A stretch of DNA of 63,795 bases, the filler included, from Nemertoderma westbladi (Eukaryota; Animalia; Xenacoelomorpha): assembly GCA_032718475.1 (NCBI GenBank). It is 5 parts of 5 records of this genome, joined end to end, with 100 filler letters (N's around TTAATTAATTAA, not from the genome) between each part and the next. Parts side by side here need not be neighbours in the genome. Positions count along the whole stretch, not along the records: positions 42,273 to 58,337 come from JAUCBJ010004441.1; positions 58,438 to 63,795 come from JAUCBJ010005059.1; 3 more parts are not named here. One strand, 5' to 3'. Every line of letters begins with the position of its first letter. The stretch's first letter is position 1. Below the pieces are notes generated by a model, which was given only the letters and a program-made list of their open reading frames with translations, was not told where the DNA came from and did no database searches. A program made the translations under genes and the position numbers. Of the stretch, positions 53,681 through 63,795 are shown in pieces.

Positions 53681-54877
53681 AGCCATCTACTAAGGCTGGT
53701 TGTTACTGACTGACTTTTCCACCCAAATGTGTGCCCTTTTAAACCCGGTAAAGGGTCAATATGGATTTGACCCCTAATTATCACCCATTTTGAAGTTGTC
53801 TTTCTCGGAAGTGATTTTTACGTTGATGTAAATCATAATGAATATTAGTCTGTTAAACTGGTCAATTATTGATTACTTACGTGGACAATTCAATAGAGTT
53901 TCTGTTAGTTACAAATATTCCCTTGTTAATACAATGGTTAGAGTATAATGGAGCACTGTAGTATAATTATTATTATCATTATAATGGTATAATTAGAGTA
54001 TAATAAGGGAGAGGAGTTTTACAATTGGGTGACAGTGGCTTACAGAGAAACCAAAGCTGTCAATATTATTTGTAGGTGAATAAGGGAGTAAAGGTGACTT
54101 TGGATGGAAGTGGCCGTGATATTAGTTGGAATGAGGCCGTGATATTGGTTTGAGATAGCGATGAAATATTACGGTGGGAAGGGATAGGGAATCCACCAGA
54201 GGCAGCCACCCCCTGCCCAAGATGCGCCTTGCGTACAGCCGAAGCTGTCACAAAACGCCCCCTACTCACCCCCGATGTTGCACTCTCATTCGCGGTACCA
54301 AATCGTAGTGGCTGCCTGTCGTATTGGTTTAACGCGTTATATGACGCAGTAATAACACAGCCAGTACCGCGAAGTCGATGGCTGTGCCGATGGTGGCACC
54401 GTGGAAGTCGGTGGTGGTAGTGGCGGCCCCGGCCGTCTGAGTGATGCGGACGTGACGTCACTCACAGGGGACGGTGGCAGCGGCGGCATGACGTCTTGGA
54501 AGGGTGTCGACTGTTCCATTCTTTCCTCACCCTCGTCCTCGAGTTCAACCTCAGCCACACAGTCCATCTCCACGCCCTCATCGATGGATTTAAGGAACTT
54601 ATCCTCCCCCTCGCGTTCCCCTCGCTCCGTCTGCCGGAGGAGACACTCAACTCAAATGGGTTCCGTCGTCGGGGTTGACAGGGCGCGGCCTTCCAGACAG
54701 GTCTCGTAACCTAAGTCCACCCGAGTCTGTTTGATGGACAACGTTAACTCGTCGTCGTGGATAGCAGACGTCTTCAGCTTTAAAGCAGTTCGTGATCTGT
54801 CCCTATTCCAGGTTGATATGCATAAATTGAAAAGAACACAAATGATACAGAGAATAATGAAAGAAAAGCTAACTAAC
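53681..54877 (-). repeat. Duplicated block, copy A (transposon-derived coding remnant)
   Basis: Near-identical to 57115-58224. Confidence 0.9.
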
Positions 54878-55109
54878 TTATTATAATGCGTGTTTACTTT
54901 TCGTATACTTATTTATTCTATTTTCAATTAATTAAATTAACCGCAAAAAATTCCCATCGAATATTAATATATATTTTGTAGAATTAATATTCATATTAAA
55001 AAATATTTAATATTAAATAATAATAATAATATAAACCATAAAACATTTATTTCATAATAAATAATTTAATAACAATAATTAGTTTTGGAGGTACAATTAT
55101 TATATTGTA

Positions 55110-55439
55110 CTAATGATAATCACCTTCGATTAAGATAGCCTGGAAATAATTGACCCCATTGGGGGTCGAACCAGGAATCATCTCGGCCTGATGATGGTTA
55201 TGAAAACTTTCCAGGCTAGTTGATCCTCTGGCGCAGCGATAAACCGGAAGGGTCTTTATTTGTCCCGTCTGAGCATACAGGTCTAAGCCGTCTGGGTCCT
55301 GCATAAATTTAATGTGGACCGATTGCTCGGCCACAATGTCTGCATCTCCTTCCTGAAGAGAAGGACTCCGGACGCATCGGTGGCAGTCGCTAACGAGGCA
55401 ATGAGGTCGTCCAGTTGTCCCTTCAACGCCTAGGGTCAC
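55110..55439 (-). pseudogene. Fragment of a DUF6729-associated transposon-like protein
   Basis: HIKFMQDPDGLDLY..G..LPVYRCARGSTSLESFH..IPG..FQAILIEG; downstream ELIGVQCLLRQT motif in the duplicated blocks; family recalled from memory. Confidence 0.55.
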
Positions 55440-55745
55440 GACCTCGTTAGAGCAACCATAGGCCCTACCTGGAAATATGAAGGTAGAGAATATTCAAAAA
55501 TATATATTGAACTTTAAATCGGTATAGTGGCGGTTGTTGCCTAAAAATAAATATAATGATTTTATTAATATTTTTGTTGATAGTGTAAGAGATGCCATTA
55601 ATTTATTAATTTAAAACTGTAATGAACTGTAATGGTGTAGCCAGCCAGCTACCCATTGAATAAACTGCCCACATCCCTTGCTTTCCTTGCCGCCACCAAG
55701 TAACAGGCTGCATCAGGGGGCCATAGAATTGTGCGCTTTAACTGA

Positions 55746-56925
55746 GCTCTGCTCTGCTCTGCTCTGCTCTGCTCTGCTCTGCTCTGCTCTGCTCTGCTCT
55801 GCTCTGCTCTGCTCTGCTCTGCTCTGCTCTGCTCTGCTCTGCTCTGCTCTGCTCTGCTCTGCTCTGCTCTGCTCTGCTCTGCTCTGCTCTGCTCTGCTCT
55901 GCTCTGCTCTGCTCTGCTCTGCTCTGCTCTGCTCTGCTCTGCTCTGCTCTGCTCTGCTCTGCTCTGCTCTGCTCTGCTCTGCTCTGCTCTGCTCTGCTCT
56001 GCTCTGCTCTGCTCTGCTCTGCTCTGCTCTGCTCTGCTCTGCTCTGCTCTGCTCTGCTCTGCTCTGCTCTGCTCTGCTCTGCTCTGCTCTGCTCTGCTCT
56101 GCTCTGCTCTGCTCTGCTCTGCTCTGCTCTGCTCTGCTCTGCTCTGCTCTGCTCTGCTCTGCTCTGCTCTGCTCTGCTCTGCTCTGCTCTGCTCTGCTCT
56201 GCTCTGCTCTGCTCTGCTCTGCTCTGCTCTGCTCTGCTCTGCTCTGCTCTGCTCTGCTCTGCTCTGCTCTGCTCTGCTCTGCTCTGCTCTGCTCTGCTCT
56301 GCTCTGCTCTGCTCTGCTCTGCTCTGCTCTGCTCTGCTCTGCTCTGCTCTGCTCTGCTCTGCTCTGCTCTGCTCTGCTCTGCTCTGCTCTGCTCTGCTCT
56401 GCTCTGCTCTGCTCTGCTCTGCTCTGCTCTGCTCTGCTCTCTGCTCTGCTCTGCTCTGCTCTGCTCTGCTCTGCTCTGCTCTGCTCTGCTCTGCTCTGCT
56501 CTGCTCTGCTCTGCTCTGCTCTGCTCTGCTCTGCTCTGCTCTGCTCTGCTCTGCTCTGCTCTGCTCTGCTCTGCTCTGCTCTGCTCTGCTCTGCTCTGCT
56601 CTGCTCTGCTCTGCTCTGCTCTGCTCTGCTCTGCTCTGCTCTGCTCTGCTCTGCTCTGCTCTGCTCTGCTCTGCTCTGCTCTGCTCTGCTCTGCTCTGCT
56701 CTGCTCTGCTCTGCTCTGCTCTGCTCTGCTCTGCTCTGCTCTGCTCTGCTCTGCTCTGCTCTGCTCTGCTCTGCTCTGCTCTGCTCTGCTCTGCTCTGCT
56801 CTGCTCTGCTCTGCTCTGCTCTGCTCTGCTCTGCTCTGCTCTGCTCTGCTCTGCTCTGCTCTGCTCTGCTCTGCTCTGCTCTGCTCTGCTTTGCTCTGCT
56901 GTGCTCTGCTCTGCTCTGCTCTGCT
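55746..56925. repeat. (GCTCT)n pentanucleotide microsatellite, ~1.18 kb, nearly perfect
   Basis: Directly visible; one phase slip near 56440. Confidence 0.98.
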
Positions 56926-57114
56926 TTATCTAGGTTCTTCCAGATCGCCAATAGGTTTCAAGGGCAGAGGACCCGGACTTCATATGTTATTCCAGTTTAT
57001 TCCGGGTGATGTTATATTATGTTGCTACTGTCCTACACTTAATTATGACATATAGGACTCTTAAATATACTGCACTGGTAGTAATCGGCACTCGACAGCC
57101 ATCAAAAAGTCGAC

Positions 57115-58224
57115 AGCCATCTACTAAGGCTGGTTGTTACTGACTGACTTTTCCACCCAAATGTGTGCCCTTTTAAACCCGGTAAAGGGTCAATATGGAT
57201 TTGACCCCTAATTATCACCCATTTTGAAGTTGTCTTTCTCGGCAGTGATTTTTGCGTTGATGTAAATCATAATGAATATTAGTCTGTTAAACTGGTCAAT
57301 TATTGATTACTTACGTGGACTAGTTTCTGTTAGTTACAAATATTCCCTTGTTAATACAATTGTTAGAGTATAATTGAGTACATGGCGACAAGGGATGTTA
57401 GCTCCAATGGAAGGAAGGGAGAGGAGTTTTACAATTGGGTGACAGTGGCTTACAGAGAAACCAAAGCTGTCACTATTATTTGTAGGTGAGTAAGGGTGTA
57501 AAAGTTACTTTGGATGGAAGTGGCCGTGATATTAGTTGGAATGAGGCCGTGATATTGGTTTGAGATAGCAATGAAATATTACGGTGGGAAGGGATAGGGA
57601 ATCCACCAGAGGCAGCCACCCCCTGCCCAAGATGCGCCTTGCGTACAGCCGAAGCTGTCACAAAACGCCCCCTACTCACCCCCGATGTAGCACTCTCATT
57701 CGCTGTACCAAATCAAAGTGGCTGCCCGTCGTATTGGTTTAACGCGTTATATGACGCAGTAATAACACAGCCAGTACCGCGAAGTCGATGGCTGTGCCGG
57801 TGGTGGTACCGTGGAAGTCGGTGGTGGTGGTGGCGGCCGTGTGAGTGATGCGGACGTGACGTCACTCACAGGGGACGGTGGCGGTGGCAGCGGCGGCATG
57901 TCGTCGTGGAAGGGTGTCGACTCTTCCATTCCTTCCTCACCCTCGTCCTCGAGCTCAACCTCAGCCACACAGTCCAACTCCGCGCCCTCATCGATGGATT
58001 TAAGGAACTTATCCTCCCCCTCGCGTTCCCTTCGCTCCGTCTGCCGAAGGAGACACTGAACTCCAATGAGTTCCGTCGTCGGGGTTGAGAGGGCGCGGCC
58101 TTCCAGAGAGGTCTCGTAACCTAAGTCCACCCGCGTCTGTCTGATCGCTAACGCCAACTCATGAATGGTCAATATTCCAGGTTGCTATTACTAAATAAAA
58201 ATGAACACAAGTGATACAGAGAAT
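57115..58224 (-). repeat. Duplicated block, copy B
   Basis: Near-identical to 53681-54877. Confidence 0.9.
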
Positions 58225-58337
58225 AATGAAAGAAAATAACTAACGACTGTATATGGGTTGGTTACAGCACAGAGATGGACACGGACCGGTTTTTAAAGGC
58301 CCAGGCCCGGCCCGTTGGGTCTCGGCCCGCCCTGTCC

Positions 58338-58437
58338 NNNNNNNNNNNNNNNNNNNNNNNNNNNNNNNNNNNNNNNNNNNNTTAATTAATTAANNNNNNN
58401 NNNNNNNNNNNNNNNNNNNNNNNNNNNNNNNNNNNNN
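58338..58437. other. Artificial assembly linker
   Basis: N44-TTAATTAATTAA-N44. Confidence 0.97.
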
Positions 58438-58438
58438 C

Positions 58439-58603
58439 CAGTTATATCCCACAGAAGCTTTTACATTTAGCTTTCGAGTAATCGATGACTGGAACCGTTT
58501 AACCGAAACTGTAGTTTCATCACCGACACTGAACACATTTAAATCAAGGCTAAATGAACACTATAAAAATTTACCATTGAAATTTTATCCGTCCAGGTGG
58601 TAG
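58439..58603 (+). mobile_element. CR1-like LINE 3' end fragment
   Basis: FSFRVIDDWNRL..VVSSPTLNTFKSRL. Confidence 0.7.
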
Positions 58604-58999
58604 CACTAAGGTAGCAGCAATAAATCCCCAATAACTCCATATTAATTTTAATTTATAGCGCCTCATTCGTATTTTTTATGTATTAAACAATTACTTAACT
58701 TTATTGAAACATTTTTTAAACTCGTTCTCATTTGTTTTTACTTTAATTGACTTTTTTTTTTTAATTATGTTAGTTAATCTTCCATATTTTATACATTATG
58801 TATATCTCATATATTTTACTCGATTTTACAGTACCACTACCAGTATCTCTATATTGTGTTCCTACCAGGTTATAAGTCACCTAGGTTTACTCTCATTGTC
58901 GATTTATGGGTGCTAAAAGTGCATACTTTCCTCATCACCCTTTAAAACTATTAAACTATTAAACTATAAACTGCTTTATGTGCTTTAGGTGGTGCAGTC

Positions 59000-60085
59000 G
59001 ATTTTTATTTGAATGACATTTTAATTAATTCTGATTGTAAGTTCAAAGACCTAGGTGTCCTTATTGCTGATAATTTAAAGTTTGAACTACATTGTAAGGA
59101 GAAGGTTTCTAAGGCTCTCAAAATCGTTAATTTAATATTTCGTTGTTTTAATACAGATAATATGAGTGCATTGTTGAAAGCGTATACAAGTTATGTCAGA
59201 CCTATACTTGAATATTGCACGGTTTATATTTAACTTGCACCCCTATTTGGTCACCGTTTCAATTGGGTAGTATAGATCTAGTTGAACGCGTGCAGCGTTA
59301 TTTTACACGCAGGTTATACGCCCGTTGTGGCCTGAGTCGTAATAATTATATTAAACGTTTAGAGTTTTTAAATTTGCAGCCACTGGAGGTCCGTAGAATT
59401 ATATTTGATTTAAAAATGACTTACAATATTATTAATAATGGTGTTGATTTAGATTTTAATTCATTTTTTACTGCATCGTGTCATTCTACGCGTAGCAATG
59501 GTTATAAATTATTTATAAATCGTTATAGACTCCAGATTACTAAGTACAGTTTTGCAAACCGAGTAGTGCCAATTTGGAATAGTTTGCCGCCAGACGTTGT
59601 AAACGCGCACAGTTTAAATATTTTTTCAAGAAAATTGCGTAACGTAGAACTAATGCAACACTGTCTTTTTGACAGACATTTGTAAATATTTTTTATTTTG
59701 TATATACTCTCATGTGCATTTTTTAAATTCTCATATATTTGTGCCCATTTTTTAAAATCTGCTTCATCACACACTGTTGTTCATGGTTACATATTTGTTA
59801 TTTTATGCTACTACGTACGCTTATTTGTTGTAATTACATAACGTTTTTATCAGTTTATTGCATCATAAATTACAATAATTTTAAATTACTTACCGTTATA
59901 CTGTATATTTAGTAAAGGTTTCGAAATGAGTATTCCGATCCGATGCTAGGTTACCTATTAGTGCTCCCGGAAGGGAACCTTGGTGATTTTCTCCCTTTAA
60001 TTTTAATATTTTAATCTGTGTGTTTCCGATTTAAATTTTAATATTAATTGTGAAATAAATAAAAAAAAAAAAATAAAAATAAATA
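59000..60085 (+). mobile_element. 5'-truncated CR1-like LINE (RT C-terminus, 3' UTR, A-rich tail)
   Basis: KDLGV, YVRPILEYC, VERVQRYFTRR, FANRVVPIWNSLP; aataaataaaaaa tail. Confidence 0.88.
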
Positions 60086-60401
60086 AATTATAAATTCAAT
60101 ACCGTAAGATATTTGAGATATTTTAGATCAATTTGTGCGTTGTAATCTCACTAGGGGGCGACCCCGTCACGTTATCGTGTAAATCCATTTTAATAATAAT
60201 AATAATCATGTATATTTCTTCTAGTACTGTAGTACTGTAGTAGGCCTTGCCCTTGGTACCGGTACTGTAGTATAATAGTACAGTAGTAGGCCTTGGTACC
60301 GGTACAATCTCGTGGTAATCTATTGCCGTTTCAGAGTTTGGAGTTTAGGCCTACGTGTTCCGGAGTGCGGGAGCTCTCTAGAGTGATTCAAGGATACAAC
60401 A

Positions 60402-61973
60402 ATGGCTGATGCACTAAATGTATTACGACAGTACACAATAGCTAAAAAGGAGATTGTTGTTAAAGATGACCAACTCATTTTTGGTGAATTTTCGTGGCCA
60501 CGGAACGCGAAAACAAATTTTATAACGTGGGGTACCGGTAAGGACGGAGGAACAAAGGAATATTATACGCTCGAGTCCGTCTATTATTTAATTAGCCACA
60601 AGGAACTGCAGCATCCTTTGTATGTGCGGCAAGCGGCGTCTGATGGAATCCCAGTCGTTCGCCGCCCCGATCGTAAGGATATACTCGACTTCCTTAACGG
60701 CCGCATACAGACATGTAACTCCATCGACAAGAGCGCCCCCCTGGAGATCGCCTTGCAGCGCCCGAATCACGTGAAGCGACAAGTCGCGGGTGAAGATAGC
60801 GAACGGGATCCGGCCGCAAAGAAACCAAAAATAGACGAGGAGCAAATCCGTGTGGATAGAGAGCGATTAGAAGCGAAGCTTACGACGCACAAGGAAGGCG
60901 CGGTAACAACGGATCAGATTCGCGGGAGTCTCAGCGACGCACTCAGTGTCGAGCGAATAGCATCGATAAAGGCGAAACGACTCGCTAAGAAACGGGCCAC
61001 CATCGCCACAGTGGAGGAGGACGACGAGTTCGGAGTTCCCACGGAGGACTCCCGACCTTCCTACATCGCCTCCGGGGTCGACTTTACCCGCGATATAATG
61101 GGGAGGGAACGGATGTGGCGAGACCGCTGCTCTGCATTACAGAGTTCAGGGAAACACTTCAATAACAACGTGTTTACTATCCTTCAAGCGATTAAGAGTC
61201 GAGAGGAAGGGAAAACTAAACTCGAAGAAGCGGATAAATCTCCTCGGATTGACGCGTCGACTTCGCGACGGGTCGGTGTCCCGTCTGTCACCTACAACCG
61301 ATATGACCAGGAGCGCTTCGTAGCGAAGGAGGAGACGGCGGGCTTTAAGATCGACACGATGGGGACCTACCACGGGATGACGTTGAAGTCGGTCACTGAG
61401 GGCGCCAAGGGAACGCAGACTGGCGGACAGCAGCGTCCCCCAGCGAGCAACCCCGGCGTCCCAAAGAAAGGATCATCCCGCAAGCCGATTATTATTGTGC
61501 CGGACGCGACGACGGCGCTAATCACGCTGCTCAACGCGAAGGACATCCTGGAGGACCTCCGGTACATCGGGAACGACGAGAAGCGCTCGGCCGGGGCGCG
61601 TCGGGAGGCCGAGCTGTTGATCCATCGGCCTAAGGGCGCGGCGGGCACAGTCCCTTACCGGGTCATCGACTCCCCGGTGCGACTGAGCTCGGAGGACTGG
61701 GACCGCGTTGTCTCCGTCTTCGTGCAAGGACCCGCGTGGCAGTTCAAGGGTTGGCCATGGAGCGACTCCTCTCCCGCTCCCATATTTAACCAGATCAAGG
61801 CCTTCCATCTGAAATGGGACGACCTTCGATTGGACTCGAACGTGAGCAAATGGAACGTGGAAGTAATCAACGTGAGTCGCCACAAACGGTACCTGGACCG
61901 CGCCAACTTCCTCCGCATATGGGAGGCCATGGACAAATATATGAATAAACACAAAACCCATCTTAGATATTAG
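60402..61973 (+). CDS. CDC73: Parafibromin (PAF1 complex), intronless, 523 aa
   Basis: [83 protein letters not shown]. Confidence 0.97.
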   Translation: MADALNVLRQYTIAKKEIVVKDDQLIFGEFSWPRNAKTNFITWGTGKDGGTKEYYTLESVYYLISHKELQHPLYVRQAASDGIPVVRRPDRKDILDFLNGRIQTCNSIDKSAPLEIALQRPNHVKRQVAGEDSERDPAAKKPKIDEEQIRVDRERLEAKLTTHKEGAVTTDQIRGSLSDALSVERIASIKAKRLAKKRATIATVEEDDEFGVPTEDSRPSYIASGVDFTRDIMGRERMWRDRCSALQSSGKHFNNNVFTILQAIKSREEGKTKLEEADKSPRIDASTSRRVGVPSVTYNRYDQERFVAKEETAGFKIDTMGTYHGMTLKSVTEGAKGTQTGGQQRPPASNPGVPKKGSSRKPIIIVPDATTALITLLNAKDILEDLRYIGNDEKRSAGARREAELLIHRPKGAAGTVPYRVIDSPVRLSSEDWDRVVSVFVQGPAWQFKGWPWSDSSPAPIFNQIKAFHLKWDDLRLDSNVSKWNVEVINVSRHKRYLDRANFLRIWEAMDKYMNKHKTHLRY

Positions 61974-62125
61974 TTTCATTTTATTCCGGTATCATCTTGC
62001 AATGATTTCTCTCATTATTATAAGCGCGAATATGATATATTTAATAAAGATGTTGTTAGTTCGGCGCTAATGTCTAAGCATATAGATCTCGATGTGGCAC
62101 GGCTCCGTAGTATCTATGAGTACGC

Positions 62126-62240
62126 TCCTTGCTCCCTGCTCCTTGCTCCCTGATCCTTGCTCCCTGATCCTTGCTCCCTGCTCCTTGCTCCCTGATCCTT
62201 GCTCCCTGATCCTTGCTCCCCGCTCCTTGCTCCCTGCTCC
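62126..62240. repeat. Short tandem repeat (tccttgctccctga/c)n downstream of CDC73
   Basis: Directly visible. Confidence 0.85.
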
Positions 62241-63795
62241 CCGCGTTGTTTTATGTGTATGGTTGGCGACCAGACTTTTGATTATATAAAGAAACAAACA
62301 TACTTTAATACACATTCGTTGTTTTTATTGGCTACCAATTAAAGTCATCTCAACATTTATGAAAATTTCACCAAAAAAAATTATTTTACACCAAATTAAA
62401 TAAAGTCATCCCAAATAAAATTTTCCTCACCAAAAACAATTATTCAACACCAAAAACAATTATTCAATACCAAAAACAATTATTCAATACCAAAATAAAT
62501 AAATGCTCCCCAAAACCAATTATTAGCACCAAAATAAATGACAAATCCCCCAAAATACTAACAAATTTTCCCAAAACAAATACAATTTCGCCCAAAAGAA
62601 ATACATTTCCCCCCCAAAACAAATACATTTTCCCCCAAAACAAATGAGACATGGGGGGGGGGGGATGGACGCAAAACCCGCCTTGGCGAATTAATATCCC
62701 GCCTCAATGTTAAATTTTCAATTTATGGAAAGGAGTAGGTTACAGTGGCACGTTATTTTAACCAAAACAATAAACTAACACAATACAGTCCCTATCTCAT
62801 TCTGAATATTATTTCTCAAACTGGGTATCATTTCTCAAACCTTTTACTCATGATAGTCAACGGAGAATTTCAGTAGGTAAGACTGGGGTAAGAGTTGAGA
62901 AATCAGAAAGATGCAGCCAGCTCAATCTAACTCAAACTGGAGTCTGGCGCCATGGTTTGAGTTAGGTTGACTTCCAACTGTGCCATACTCAGCATTACTC
63001 TTCCTGTACGGGATGGATAATTACTCTGGTTGAGTGAGGCACCACATGGGAAGGGGCCTCTGTCTGTTGCTTGGGCTCTTGAGATAATGGGTTGAATTAC
63101 ATAAGCTGGGCAGGCCGGCTTGCGTGTGTCTCATAAAAGACATGTCAATCACGCAGTTCCTTTGTGGGCTTTACTAAATGTATGTTGTTAACTAAACCAC
63201 ACTGGCTCGGTCTGCTTGTAGAGAAAGTTTTAATTCTGGGAATATTGTTGTGGGAAATTGGTGCTCTGTTGTCTGTCTGTTTGATGTCAATTAGTGCCTT
63301 ACAAGACATATCAGTTTAAAAATCGAATGGTTAATTAAGAATTATTAGTGCATATGGGACCTCGCAACACCCCCCCCCCCCCCCCCCCCCCCCCATAAAT
63401 ATGGCCCTGTCTATAATTGGAGGTTTCCTCTGGCCCCTTTGCCCTGTATACCCACACCCGGATGTATTGCGAATAATTGTGTTGACGATGTAATAGAGAA
63501 TTAAACATTAGTAAAACATTAGTAAAACATTAGTAAAACATTAGTAAAACATTAAAGTTAAACATTAGAAACATTAGCGAAATATACGCGACATTAAAAT
63601 AAATTTATAAAATTGGTTGGTTATATTATATGGTTATATTTTAATGTAAAATAACGTTAATATGTTATGAGTCATACATACTTAATAAATGTAATAAAAA
63701 TTAATAAATCTTCAGTTTAATAATTTAACATATAATTTTTTTATTCTGAAATATAAAAATAATTTGAGTCACTGAGTCTGCAACTTAATTCTCAC

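Noticed and set aside
55678-57009. 443-aa ALLCS and 412-aa SRAEQ ORFs
   Set aside because: Translation of (GCTCT)n

Overview
AT-rich, repeat-rich eukaryotic (invertebrate animal-like) genomic DNA. It is made of five contigs joined by artificial 100-bp N/TTAATTAATTAA linkers, so adjacency across the linkers is not reliable. Host genes: an RDH11-14-like SDR, WDR74, mitochondrial peroxiredoxin PRDX3, the last exons of casein kinase I alpha, CYB5D1 (2 exons), the first two exons of FNIP (missed by the ORF track), HADHA (2 exons) and CDC73. Most are intronless or nearly so. RDH, WDR74 and PRDX3 appear to lie inside one intron of CK1alpha, whose last splice donor has been amplified into a 24-bp minisatellite. 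The rest is nested mobile DNA. This includes an LTR element with a candidate tRNA-independent self-priming site, a decayed Polinton/Maverick (adintovirus-like) module (ATPase, adenovirus-pX-like protein, integrase), several LINE relics, and non-autonomous hAT, PIF, Tc1/pogo-type, Mutator/Foldback, P-like and Helentron-like elements, most with readable target-site duplications. All calls were made by eye; no database search was run.
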